Shown: positions 48,247-60,126 of the stretch, one piece after another
How positions within the stretch are numbered: position 1 is the first letter of the stretch
Layout of the letters: every line of letters starts with the position of its first letter
Notes under the pieces: model-generated
The model's input: only the letters and a program-made list of their open reading frames with translations
Database searches by the model: none
Told to the model about the DNA's origin: nothing
Assembly (NCBI GenBank): GCA_008632985.1
Contig: QPGO01000010.1
Coordinates: forward strand, 62,001-126,000
Length of the DNA stretch: 64,000 nt
From: Psammoneis japonica
Lineage: Eukaryota
Reading direction: 5' to 3'
Translations under genes and position numbers: made by a program

Positions 48247-50761
48247 CTACAAGCGTTCTACAACTTTGACGCCCAACAGGTTCATGAGCAGCCGAATTGT
48301 GCCCGCCGTCGCCATGCAAAGCGAAAGGCGGCTCTGTTTGAGCTCTGGTGTTTCAGCATTGTTGACTGAGCAGTTTTCGTAAAACTACATTGAATCAAAA
48401 ACGAGCGAGAGAAGGTGAGAAAGCAAGATGACGCCCATACTACCTAGCAAGATACGTTCCATCAGGCCTTACCTGATTGAACTTCTGGCTCGTTTCGAAG
48501 AGATAATCACAAAGTCGGTTTGGGTACAAGTCTCGCTCAACCTCAAGCAACATGTCCGGGAGTCGAACAAGATTTCGAATAAGCTGAAGCTCCGAGTCAT
48601 GTGTAATTTGAATCTCAGACGCCTCTGGCCACTGCAAAGGCTCATCTGGTGATTGCCCTGTAGCCTTTCGCACGATACCGCAGATACGAGCAAAGGAGTA
48701 AAGCATGTAGGGTGCGGTGTTTCCGTTCAGGCTCAGCATGCGTTCGTAGCTGAATTTGTAGTTTGATTCACGGTTCATGGACAAGTCGGCATACTTTACA
48801 GCTCCGATACCAACAATTTCGGCAACCTTTTGCACTTGTTCGCTCAACTCTGCATCCGGATCTTCCATTCGAGAACGGAGATCCTCACCCGCGATTCTAA
48901 TCGCTTCATTCAGTAAATCCTTCAGCTTGACAGTCTCTCCCGATCGAGTAGCAAACTTCTTTCCGTCCTCGCCTTGCACTAGACCAAAAGGAACGTGTTC
49001 CAGCGAAACGCTTTCTGGAACGAAATGGGCCAGTTTGGCAGCTTCAAAGACCATGGCAAAATGTTGTGATTGACCTGAATCGGTAACGTAGAGAACACGG
49101 TCAGCTTCTTCTCCTCCATCCGAAGCAGCCATGAGAGCCGTTGTCTAATGCAGCGAGATCCGTCGTTGCGTAATTAAAACCACCGTCTGATTTACGAATC
49201 AGCATGGGAAGGGGTGCCATCACGATTGGTGTACTGTTGAATAGCAGTCACGAGAGTTGAAAAGAAAACACGGATGAGAAATACGGTACACCAAGTATAA
49301 GGTAAGAAAAGCTGGGTCGATTCGAGAAGAAACGACCTACCCCTTCAAGGAAGACAGCTGTAGCACCCTCGCTTTCGACTGCAAGTCCCTGCTTCTCCAG
49401 CTCCTCCACAACGTCATTCAAGTAAGGGTTATAAAACGACTCGCCACGTTCCTGTAGACCCTTAATGTCCAATGCATCATAAATCTTTTGGTATTCACTA
49501 CGACTCGCTTCGCACAGTGCTTCCCATGCAGCTAGTGCTTCAGGATTGCCGGCTTGTAGTTTGACAACACCCTCCCTCGCTCGGGTCTTAAAGTCGTCAT
49601 CCGCATCAAAACGCTTCTTGGCGGCCTTGTACAACTCCACCAAGTCGCCCAAATCCACTGCTTCTCCTTCTAATGCCGCAGGATACTCGTCTCTCAGGTG
49701 TTCCACCAACATTCCAAACTGTGTACCCCAGTCACCGACATGATTTAATCGGACAACATTGTGCCCGGCAAACGACAAGACATTGCATAGCGTGTCACCA
49801 ATAATGGTACTCCTCAAATGACCCACATGCATCTCTTTTGCAATGTTTGGTGATGAATAATCCACAACAATCTTTTGTTTGTCGCTTCGCAAGGAACATA
49901 GAGAGGATCGTGATTGAGAACAAGAAAGAAATCGAATGGAATTTGTTGTTATCGGGTCTTCTTACCTTGTTTCAGGAATTGCTAATCTTCCCGTTGCATC
50001 TTTTGCCATGGAACTTACAGCCGACTGCAAGTAGTCCTCTTTGAATTTCAAATTGATAAATCCTGGTCCAGCAATTTCGGGTTCTTCCATAATATCTTTG
50101 AGCTTTGGTTCGAGCGCGTCGACAATTTTAGAAGCACATTCCCTAACAAACAAAACGGGGAGGGTTCGTGAGTGATTGAAAGTATCATGTTGATAACTCA
50201 CGTGTAAACTCAATTACCTCGGATTCATTCCGACTGCTTTGCCAATCCCATGGCGGCGTTGCATTGATAATCCCCAAAGTCTAATCTCGTTGCAGGTGTC
50301 ACCATGGTATCGGTAAGTGCAAAGGGCTTTGCCTGCGCTGCCGCTTTATCGGCGAGAGCCTGCTTTTCTTCTTCCGACATGGAAGGTTCTGCTGGTGCTT
50401 CGTCTTCTTGCTGGTTTTTCTTCTTTTTCTTCTTCTTTTTCGTCCTGTTTAACTTAGCCAGCACGTTGCCGCGTGCCACATCGGCAGGATCAAACAACTC
50501 ATTCAAGGATTCCAACACTGCATCTTGTACATACCCCATACCTTTGAGCAGAGATGCTGATTCTGTACTCGTCGTTGACATGCATAATCGAGACACGGAC
50601 CTTATCGACTTGGTTGCCAGGAAACTGCATGACTTTGTTGCTCTTGTCGTTGTCGTCGATCCAAACGCTTGAACAGCACAACGCCGTGTCGATTGAAATG
50701 CCAGTACGAGAAGCGACGACATGAGGCAACTCTGACACAATTTTACAACGAAAAGTCGCAT
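48247..50761 (-). CDS. argS: Arginyl-tRNA synthetase, organelle-targeted, multi-exon
   Basis: [74 protein letters not shown] and FYENC. N-terminal signal plus transit-like leader; stop at 48247. Confidence 0.95.
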
Positions 50762-51775
50762 CAGAAGAATTCAAGTGATATTACAACTGCTTCTCTTGAC
50801 AATCAATTCAGTTCCTACAGCGCTGTCACTTCTATGATGATGTGATGATGGATCATCGCTCTGTTCCGAGAAAAATGAGGCAGAGAGAACGGTCGTCTGT
50901 AGTTCGTACGTAAAACATACGTCAGCATTGTACAGAATTCGAAAGAATAGGTTATGAGCTCTTTTTCCTCATCCAATCACATCGGCCAACGCCACATCAT
51001 AACAAATTTAATTATTATATTCATACTTGTATACATTTAGAGAATAGGAAAATTGTGTTTAATTGATTATTATTAGGCTTTGAGTAAGTTTATCAACGGA
51101 AATTCCGTTCATTTATGGGCATCGCAGATTACGACTAATAATAAGAGTAATCAACAACCTACAAAATGAATAACCTTTTATAAAATTGGAGGGACATTTG
51201 TCATAAATAATCTTCTCCGTTACTTATATAATTTTTCGATGTGCTTTCTCGATTCTATTTAACGAAAATCAGGTGACTGAAATTCGTATTTAAGGAGTCT
51301 GATATGTCTGAAATTTGCTATCGCCCGCTATTTTGTGCGAGCAAACCCACAACGAACGGGAAGCGGGGCACACAAAGAGATTGACAGCCGCACCGTATCG
51401 CGTTTTCGTGTGTGGTTGCTGTTGAGTGTGTATTGCGTCTATCGCGTCGTTTGGCATTCAAGGGTGATTTGTATCCGCTGTTTCTTGATTTTATCGCTCT
51501 ACTAGAGGCGGTTGTTTCAGAGTGATTTGCATCGATACGGCACTGCATTGCCTCCGTGTAGAGAATCACGTAGCTAAATTTTTCGCCAGTATCGCAAAAG
51601 AGAGGGACTGATAATTTTCCTGTGACACACGACCACTCCGCGCAGAGATTGAAGAAGCATCGACGTCTGCTACTCCAAAGAACACTTTTATTCGAGGGAG
51701 AAGGCTACAACGATCTGTTACACTACTACTTGACTTTAAACTTACACAAGGACTTGCACCGTTCCCCCGCCAACC

Positions 51776-53687
51776 ATGGGAACGAGTTCTTCTAATACGT
51801 CAGAGCGTCGAAGTGCTTCTGGCACAGGCAACGGCGCATCTGCTTCGGGGACTTCGTCGACTCAAAATGCTTCTCGAAGAACAGGCAACGGCTCTTCTAA
51901 TAATAACCGCACTCCTGGCTCTCACTTGGTGTTGAATCGTCCATACAACGTGGTGGAACGGTCTACCACCACTGCGAATGTGTTGGAGTCGCAGTCTTCG
52001 CTTCGTTCTTCGCCCTCTTCCAACGCTCCTCCGGTGACATCGACAGAAGTACCAACGACCTGCCTCAATCCAGCGTCAGACATTAATTCACGCCTTGATA
52101 CGCAGGTAGAAGTCAAGGTGTACCCTTGCAACAACAGTCAGAGCGGCAGTGGGAAGAAGAAGTTTACCTCCTTCACCGTCAAACCCGAGGGGGTCATTAT
52201 TCAAGGCTCAAATCGCAACCGCAACAATTCCATCGACTTGGGCACCGAGTATGCCACTCATATCGGACGTAAGCTCCAGAGATACGAGCTTTCGGACAAT
52301 CGCGCTTGTCAGTTGCTCGTGACGGCACACGCCAAGTCCTTTTGGGTCGTCCCGGCTCCGGAAGCCTTTTCGAGGCATTCGGGAACGTGTCGTCTGCTCG
52401 GAGATCGCAAGCACCCTCCCGCGCCCCATACCCTTCAGGTGGGCGACTTTTTGAGGGTAGGATCGGTTGGAGTAGTGGTGATTGAGACTCATGATGGAGT
52501 AGAGAACAAGGCTCTATCGGAAGAGCGCATTCAGAAAATTATGAAGGACACTACTTCGACCAATCAAGCCTTTTTAGATTTGGGAGAGACTGACGGAGGT
52601 AAGTGCAAACTCGAGTTTGACGTGGTGTGCTGTTTTGATAATGTGGTACCATTCACTGATGAGTTCTTTTTCATTTTCAGAAAACTCGGATGACGATTCC
52701 ATGGCTGGCGAGACTCTTCAGATGCCGAATGCTGATTCTGGCATCAACGAGTCTCCCGTCTGCTACATGTGCTTTGACGAGCAGGATTCGGAAGAGAACC
52801 CCCTCATTACGCCGTGCAAATGCATCGGCGATACTCGCTTTGTTCATGTCGATTGTCTTCGGAAATGGCACTCGGCTGAAGCAGACAACCAGGTCTGCTT
52901 TCTGTCTTCGGTCGATGCCACGTGCTCTGTGTGTAAGAGCACCTTCAAGTCTGACTTTAAGTTGAAGGATGGCCGGCTAGTCAAGCTATTCAAGTCTTCT
53001 TTGGAGCCTCCATATGTCTCTCTTCTTGTTGCGACCAAGCACGAAATGGCGCAACGTCTCTTCAACACTAGGTTTCAGCTCTCCTTTAGTACCTTGATGA
53101 AACCAGATGGGCGCAACGGCACTCGCCCGCTTTTGCTTGGACGTTCTTCTGGATCCGACATGGTTCTGGATTACCGCACCGTGTCTGCTCGCCACGCCAC
53201 GATCCGCTTCAAGAATGGCGAATTCATTTTCACGGATGCTGGCTCCTCTAACGGATCATATCTCTACCTTCGCAGACCGGTAGAGCTTACTCCTTCTCAG
53301 TCGGTTCAGTTCCGTCTTGGTCGCTCCATGATTTCCATGAAGGTGGTGAACAAGTGGAACCGCCGATTCTTGAGGGCGGTACGTAGGACTACCAATTCTC
53401 ATTCGTCCGTGCAGGTGGATCGTGACGACCTGTCCATTGGTTCCAACGACGACGACATTGTGCGAACCGATGGACGCACGGGGCAAATCACCAAGACGGG
53501 GCCCCGTCGCACTCGCGATAGCATCATGGCGTCTCTTCCGCCACCGGGAATGCTGTCGCAGCAGACCCCGCAGCATTTGGATTTGTTGTATGCCTTGGCT
53601 TATCCCAAGCGCATGGAGAAGCAGGTTCGCCCAAAGATTGTTGAAGAAACAAAGGAGGAGGAGCAGGATGTAGTTCAAGTTGCCTAA
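51776..53687 (+). CDS. FHA plus RING-variant (C4HC3) domain protein, putative E3 ligase; 2 exons
   Basis: Intron 52599-52680 (gtaagt...ttcag). RINGv CYMC...PCKC.G...VHVDCL..W...CSVC and FHA LGRSS...VSARHA...DAGSSNGSY. Confidence 0.85.
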
Positions 53688-53966
53688 TTAGGATTGTATG
53701 ATGTTTTGGAATAATGACGTTTAATGAATATATATTGTTCTTATGCAATGAGAAAAGTGGGTAATAGTTAATGCAATCGTACGAACAAGGGGCAGTTGTC
53801 ACGCGCAAGATTGTAGGCTGTGCGCGCGAAATTTGAAATAGTTGTGGCGCCGCATTCGGGGGTGGTGGTGGGTTTTTGTCAACTTCTAGGCACGACATCG
53901 ATGTTGTAGGTAGACAGTCAGTTGGCATGTTGTCTGGAAGGGTGCGAGTCAGTTGGGCGGGGTCAT

Positions 53967-54960
53967 TTAGTGTCTGCACAGGGACAGACCAGCTCCGTCT
54001 TCCCACTGGGGTCGTCTGGAGCTGATTTGAGAGGAGGGAGTGCGGGATCCCCGGAGGCAACGGTGAGTCGCCCGGACTGTGGTGACACTCATTCTCGCAT
54101 TGACGTAGCCGCATGCTTCAGAGTGTGGCTTTTGCCATTTGTCTGATGGTCTCCAGGCCATCTTGCGGAGCATTGCCTTGGCTTCTTTGCCAAAGAGTCC
54201 GTCGCATGACACTGCGAAGGGCGTGAAATGATGGCGTTGCTCAAGACAGGGCTTGAGGCACTTGCGCTTTTTCTCCCGTTCGTGCATTGCTGGGACATCC
54301 TCTGGTGTTTTGGACAGGCATGACTTCAGGTCCGTGTCGGGAATGCGAACATCCGTCACCATGTCTGTCCTTCCATCCCAGAGTCGCATGCCGAGAAGGT
54401 CGCCGCGATCGCCATCCTTGGACTTGTTGGAGTCAGTGTTTCCTGGGGAGCTGGTGGGGGGTGGGGGTGCTTGAGCTTCCTGTGCTGCAACCAGCAGGGT
54501 TGATTGGAGGTTCGTCGCGCACGTGGGAAGGTTTGCAAGCCTTGCCCATTGGGTCGCACCTGGGTTGTCACGGACTTCATCGTGTCGTGAGATGACTGGG
54601 CCGCCCTTCTTGCACTGAAGAGCATGGTTCATTGTGAATTTGCATCCACATCCATCGCAGTGCTCCGGGAGGTCCGGTGGAGCACTGCCATGCTGCAGGA
54701 AGAGCGCATTGCGGAACTCTTGGCATGAGAGTTCTGTGCCATTCAGTGTCGAAGGGCATGCTGAGAGCCACGTGCCTGTCTTGGTGCTGCGCTTGACAGC
54801 TCTGGCCTGGAGGTCAGGCAGGGTCCTGAGGATTGTTTTGAGGGTCTCCCTGTGCACTGTGACCTTTCGATTGGCCACTTCTTGTCAGGCTTCTTTTCGC
54901 AACAACGACATCCTACGATCGAGTGCGGCATGCTGTGAGCATTGTGACAGATTCTCAAGT
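53967..54960 (-). mobile_element. 3' part of a non-LTR retrotransposon with a zinc knuckle and restriction-like endonuclease (CRE-like), TpA-erased
   Basis: GTWLSACP..NGTELS..EFR, CDGCG..F...HAL.CKKGG....RHD, RGDL, DVR, EKKRK(C), FTPF..S.DG and RATHRCLRGSR. Positions expected to be Tyr read Cys or His. Confidence 0.8.
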
Positions 54961-55609
54961 TGCACCGGTGGCAACTAATGGCCTTCTTGCAGCACTTGCC
55001 GGTGCATCCACCACGCACACACCCATTGTTGCCAAAAATTTGTGTGACACCCCCACTTTTTTCACTCTTCCATGACCGGAAAAATGCCTGAAGACCGCAC
55101 CTGCTGCTGTGCCGGTGTCCGCTGGCCACCGGCACGGTGAGCATGCTTTGCACTGGCAAGAATCAATCTGATCTCTGTGTCTTTCATGGGGATGATGGTT
55201 TTAGTGAGTCATTGTCCATGATCAACACGGGCTTCAAATTTTTTGCACCGGCAGAGCTGTGTGCTGTGCTGTTGGAAATGGTGGATTAAAAGTCCAAGCA
55301 CCGAAATTAGATGGCATGAAGAAGATGCTTGTGCCAGCGCTCATGTGCTCCACGTGAAGCACTGAAACTGCCGATGGAAGCAGTCATTGTTCTCTTTTAA
55401 CTCTTGGAAAGCATTGTGACAAGGAGCTTGTCTGTTTCACCCTCAGGGTCAGACCTTGGAGGACTGAGGTGGCTCTGGAACAGTCACCAGAAGGACAAAT
55501 TTCAACAGTTGAAAGAGAACCATCCAGCTGAGAGCTGCAAAAAGAAAGCAAGAAAGAAAAGAGTCATTCTCATGTTGTGTGAGATGTTTTGCTGCTTTGC
55601 CATTTCATC

Positions 55610-56270
55610 ATGAGTGGAAGAGGCAGAGGCAGAACTGGTGATGAAAGCCAAGGAAGAGGACCCTCAGGAAGGGGCAACAAGAGTGGCAAGCAAAGCCACA
55701 AGGGCATCAATGATTGTGTCTGCTGTGTTGGGAGTGCCAAGCAAGCATCTAATTTTCAGATTGCAGCTGAGTTCATCATCAACTACATTGAAAAGACTTG
55801 TGAGTTTGGAAATGACAATGCAACTGCACTCAACACTTGCACTCCATGTGACATGAGTTCCAAGAAGCCGACTTTGCAGGTCAGCTTGACTGGAGATGAC
55901 AAGGCGGAGACGTGCCATCAAACAAATGGCACAAAATTGAGTTCAAGATTGAATTTGATGCTCACATTAAGAGGACTCAGACTTGTGAGAACAACCTCAC
56001 AAAGGCTTGTGCTTGCTCTGGGAGAGATGCTCCAAGGCCATGAAGAACAAGATTCAAGCAAGAACCGAGTTCCAAACCAAAATTGAAAACAATCCCATTG
56101 AATTGCTCAAGGCCATTGAGGAGCATGCATTGAACTGTCAAGAGCACAGGCATGACATGGCTGTCATCTCAGATTTAATGAGAGCTGTGCTGGAAACAAG
56201 ATCGTGCCAAGAGATTCACCAGGGTTGCAAGAGACATCATGAAGCCTCACATTGGAGGACCGATTGTAAA
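55610..56270 (+). mobile_element. Decayed gag-like ORF of a Ty1/copia (diatom CoDi-like) LTR retrotransposon, TpA-erased
   Basis: RG-rich N-terminus; DCVCCVGSAKQASNF...EFIINYI and LLWERCSKAMKNKI..R..F...IENNPIELLKAIEEHALNCQE, resembling diatom copia gag from memory; frameshifted. Confidence 0.65.
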
Positions 56271-56341
56271 ATGTAGCTATTTGCGACAAAATCCTACGGA
56301 ACTTTTGGTTTGCTTCCACAGTGAACTGTGGACAGGACGAC

Positions 56342-57760
56342 TCACGCCATTTTCTTGAAAAAGGATTCCCACCGCTCGTCTTGGCTAAAAGTTGTTTCTA
56401 CATCGACGGAACAAAACTTGTGATCCTCAACAGCCTTATGAAAGTTGGCGTCGAGTTCAGCTTTGCGGCTCAACCATAAATCGGGCAACATTACTCTTTC
56501 AATTTCGAGCGACCTGTTCAAAAACGTCTTTGTCTCCTCGCCCGACAAGCACAGCAGCGGAAAGTCCTTTAGATAGGTATAGTTGAGTGTACTCGCGCTG
56601 AACTCTTCAATTCTTCCAATCACATCCGGACGAAGCAATGTCTTGTTAATGAAACCTCTTTGGAAAGCACCGACCGCGAGCAAATCAAAATGTGGAGCCT
56701 TGGCTGACGAAGGATTCTTTCTTGGCATTTTTTTCGCATCACGAGTCGTTCTCAGGTAGTGGCAGAGTTTTGCTGCCTCTGGAATCATTCCACAGTAAAA
56801 GTTTTGAACCAAGTTAGTACTTTGGTGAAAATCAAAAACTCGTACCGAGGTAAAGCGATCATCCCACCACTTCTTGAGCAAGATGGGGTCGTGCAGGACA
56901 ATATCTACGCCACTGTGGCGTCTCCCGTTGACTTTGTCGCCTCTCCATAGTTGCGTTAGCCAAGTGGGGAATGGTAACACCATTCTTCCGCCCAAACCGG
57001 GCCAGGAGTCACGTCGCGAGTAACGAATGTTTGGTGTCCCTTGTCCGCCGACTAATTTCGGGTTCATCTTTTCAAAATACTTAGACAGCACCCACTCGTA
57101 GTACCTTCGATAAGTAAAAATAACACGAACGTCCCATCGCTTGAGAATCGGTTCTAAAAACTTCTCCCAAAGATGTTCCTGCGTCATTAGCATACTCCCA
57201 AACAGCTCATCCGATACAAAAACAGTGTGGCTCTGGCGACGATGATTCTCGACAGATCTGGCAAAGTCCGTCCATTTCTCGCCGCACAGGGTATCGTTTT
57301 TGAGACTCTTTTCCGCACAAACGTAATGAAGATCGTGTAGGTTCCGACCTTTTCCGGAGTGACCGAGATAGTAAATGCCGTCGGCTGCGAGTAGCGTGTC
57401 AGCATGATGTGTCGCAATCCACTGAATAGTAGACGTGGCGGTCTTTGGAGGTCCTACGTGAAGAATAAAGAGAGGCTCCAATGCTGTAGTATTCCTAGCA
57501 ATCCCCCCAAGGAACTCGTTCTTGAGCACAAAAGATGAGTTTGCTGATGTTCCGTGGAGGGCGGTGTTCAAAATGGGTACAGCCTCGTCTGTTGATGAGT
57601 TCGTACGACTTTTAATCGTCAGTGATAAATTGAGAAAGAACTGCAGCAGACAGAAAGGCAGAGTGGCAGCTACAAGTATACGAAGGAGGCGCATTGTTCT
57701 AACCATCGATGGTTGTCGGCGAGAGCTGTATGCAGACTGCAGATGACGGGGTCGGTCCAT
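56342..57760 (-). CDS. Type II membrane sulfotransferase-like protein
   Basis: TM leader; LHVGPPKTATSTIQ, SDELFG, YRRYYEW and FCSVDV. Confidence 0.8.
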   Translation of the reverse strand: MDRPRHLQSAYSSRRQPSMVRTMRLLRILVAATLPFCLLQFFLNLSLTIKSRTNSSTDEAVPILNTALHGTSANSSFVLKNEFLGGIARNTTALEPLFILHVGPPKTATSTIQWIATHHADTLLAADGIYYLGHSGKGRNLHDLHYVCAEKSLKNDTLCGEKWTDFARSVENHRRQSHTVFVSDELFGSMLMTQEHLWEKFLEPILKRWDVRVIFTYRRYYEWVLSKYFEKMNPKLVGGQGTPNIRYSRRDSWPGLGGRMVLPFPTWLTQLWRGDKVNGRRHSGVDIVLHDPILLKKWWDDRFTSVRVFDFHQSTNLVQNFYCGMIPEAAKLCHYLRTTRDAKKMPRKNPSSAKAPHFDLLAVGAFQRGFINKTLLRPDVIGRIEEFSASTLNYTYLKDFPLLCLSGEETKTFLNRSLEIERVMLPDLWLSRKAELDANFHKAVEDHKFCSVDVETTFSQDERWESFFKKMA

Positions 57761-58029
57761 CGTTGATCTGTCGTTTGAAATTTGTGAGCGTCCCCTGTTG
57801 ATGAATATATATTATTTATATCTACGGTCGTTCACAATTTATTTCAAAGTTTTATATTCAGTACTGTAGAAGACTAACAGTTCTTCCATCTCGAGGCTCA
57901 CAAATTCACAAAACACCGAATTATGATGAAAACTCAAAGGAAATGCGGCACCGAACTCCTTATTACCCTTCTCAACGACTTTTAATAAAGCTTTTTTCCA
58001 GTTATGAAAGGAGATGAAAATTTTCTTTA

Positions 58030-60126
58030 TTATCCATCCTCTTTGTTTTGTTTCGTGGCGTTCGGGTTGATCTCCGGATAGTCGTCAAGTCTCCACGAGT
58101 AGCCTTTCTCTTCCAACAGTTCATTGAAAGCTTTGGCGTACGGTCGGTAGTGATCTTCCAATTTCTTTCGTAGGGAAGGTCTTAAGAGACTTGCCTGCCC
58201 CGTGTTTACCGGTTCCGCTGCTAGCTCTTTAAGAACGGAAATGTTTGCGTCACTAGAATCCAATCCAATGTGATTTAGAACCTGTAACACGAATCCAACC
58301 GGGTCCGTCCTAATGTCGTCAAAGTTCATAATGAGGATTTGGTTGTCCGGAAAGTGATTATACCACCTCCTGAGGGCCACTTCGTAATTGCTTCGTTCTT
58401 CGTGACTTGAATCGTTGATTATGTCCATAAAGTACTCGTCTGTATAGTTTGCGGGATTCGTTGTCGACAATCGCCCATTTCCCTCATCTCGTCGTAGGTT
58501 TTTCCGGAGATGACTCCAAGCTCGGTCTACTTGGTTTCTTGCAAGGAAAAAGATGGGCAAATCAGGAAATAATGTCTTAATTTCCGCAATGTCCTCATCA
58601 GGAAGAGACAGATAGTGTGGTGTAATTTCTCCATGGAGAAGCTTGGGACTTGCTTCTTTATGACGGTTGGGAAACTGCTCACTGTACCATTTTAAACCCT
58701 CAAAGCGGTGCCAATCCCAGAAATGTATCTCTTTTTTCTTACCAAAATCCAATCGCGGACAGGCTACTCGAAACATATCCGCGAGCCAGGTTGTACCGGC
58801 ACCTTGGGCTCCTATCCCAAGGAAGCTAATGTCCACATCTAGGTCGGCATAATCAATTGGATATCCTTTCTGGTTTGAACCAGATGACGCGCTGTCAGCT
58901 TCCCAGGGCAGAGGCCTATTTCCTAGATTCTGGAAGAATGTCTCCCATCTCGTGTCTCCTAATAGAGCGTCGACATCGAAAGAGCACGGAAATCGCAACT
59001 TGGAGTAGCTCTTCTCGAACTGATGCTTCAAGGTCGCTTTCCCATCTTCTGACTCATAGAACTCTGGTAGGATTTCTTGCTCCATCGATTCTGACAAGCT
59101 CCAAAAGCTGTCCAGTTTTTCTTGTGACAAACACTTGAGCGGGTAGTCCTTCTTTCTTGTGTAATGCAGTACTTCCCCGTAGTGTTCGGCACTTATCGCT
59201 ACGTCTGGTCTCGACAAGCTCGCATTAACAAGACCACGCTTGTACGCAGCTACTGATAACAAATCAAACTGCAAAGCAACAGTGTCGTCGCGAGGTACGC
59301 TGGTGTCATCGAAGTTGTCAAAAGCTGCGCAGAAATTGCTTGCTTCTGGTATTTCGTTGCAAAAGAAATTTTTAATCGAGTTTCCGGGAGCGTTCGTATT
59401 CCAGATAGAAACATTATCGAATCGATTTTGCCATTGCTTCAGTAGAGACTGTGGTTGAAGCTCTGCCATGTCGATAACGCGATCGTAGGCGTCTGGAAAA
59501 GAGGAAACTTCCATCCCCCCTTGATCAGGCCAGTTCGCAGCTCTTGTCGCCTTTCCAGGAGTAATTTCATTATAATGATTTGGCAGCCATTCATGGTACC
59601 GCTGATAAGTGTATACAACACGGACATCCCATTGTTCCATCAGTGGCATCAAGTTACCCCATAACTGTGACTGAGCATCCTTTTTATTGTGAAACAAACC
59701 AATCCATTCGTTGGATATCAATATATTATGATTTTTCTCGCGATGCTTTTGAAGTTCACTTCCAAATTGTTTCCATGCCTTTGAGCAATCTTTTTCTTTG
59801 ATTTGTTCGCTAGCGTAGCAAGACAGATAAATGCCGTCTTGAACAACGTAGTAATTGTCTTTTTGTAACTCGCTCTCGTGACTGGTCGCGAACAATCTCA
59901 TGGCGGCAGCGCTCGTGTCTGGTGGGCCGACTTGCAGCACCATTGTAGGTGCTTTGTCACTTCTCCGCCCTCTTTTTCTACCATTTTCATTAAGATGCGC
60001 ATTGCCAAGCTTGTATCCCCGAAGCGTGAACGAATGGTGATTTCTCGGGTGATTTGCTCCCAAATACACAAGCCACGTTGCGAAACCACCGAGCACCGAC
60101 AGCACGATTTGGCTTGTCCTCGTCAT
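58030..60126 (-). CDS. Two-domain sulfotransferase-like protein, paralogue of 25014-27168
   Basis: TM leader; degenerate QVGPPDT; C-terminal FLGIGAQGAGTTWL, KKEIHFWD, GEITPHY and RAWSH. Confidence 0.8.
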   Translation of the reverse strand: MTRTSQIVLSVLGGFATWLVYLGANHPRNHHSFTLRGYKLGNAHLNENGRKRGRRSDKAPTMVLQVGPPDTSAAAMRLFATSHESELQKDNYYVVQDGIYLSCYASEQIKEKDCSKAWKQFGSELQKHREKNHNILISNEWIGLFHNKKDAQSQLWGNLMPLMEQWDVRVVYTYQRYHEWLPNHYNEITPGKATRAANWPDQGGMEVSSFPDAYDRVIDMAELQPQSLLKQWQNRFDNVSIWNTNAPGNSIKNFFCNEIPEASNFCAAFDNFDDTSVPRDDTVALQFDLLSVAAYKRGLVNASLSRPDVAISAEHYGEVLHYTRKKDYPLKCLSQEKLDSFWSLSESMEQEILPEFYESEDGKATLKHQFEKSYSKLRFPCSFDVDALLGDTRWETFFQNLGNRPLPWEADSASSGSNQKGYPIDYADLDVDISFLGIGAQGAGTTWLADMFRVACPRLDFGKKKEIHFWDWHRFEGLKWYSEQFPNRHKEASPKLLHGEITPHYLSLPDEDIAEIKTLFPDLPIFFLARNQVDRAWSHLRKNLRRDEGNGRLSTTNPANYTDEYFMDIINDSSHEERSNYEVALRRWYNHFPDNQILIMNFDDIRTDPVGFVLQVLNHIGLDSSDANISVLKELAAEPVNTGQASLLRPSLRKKLEDHYRPYAKAFNELLEEKGYSWRLDDYPEINPNATKQNKEDG

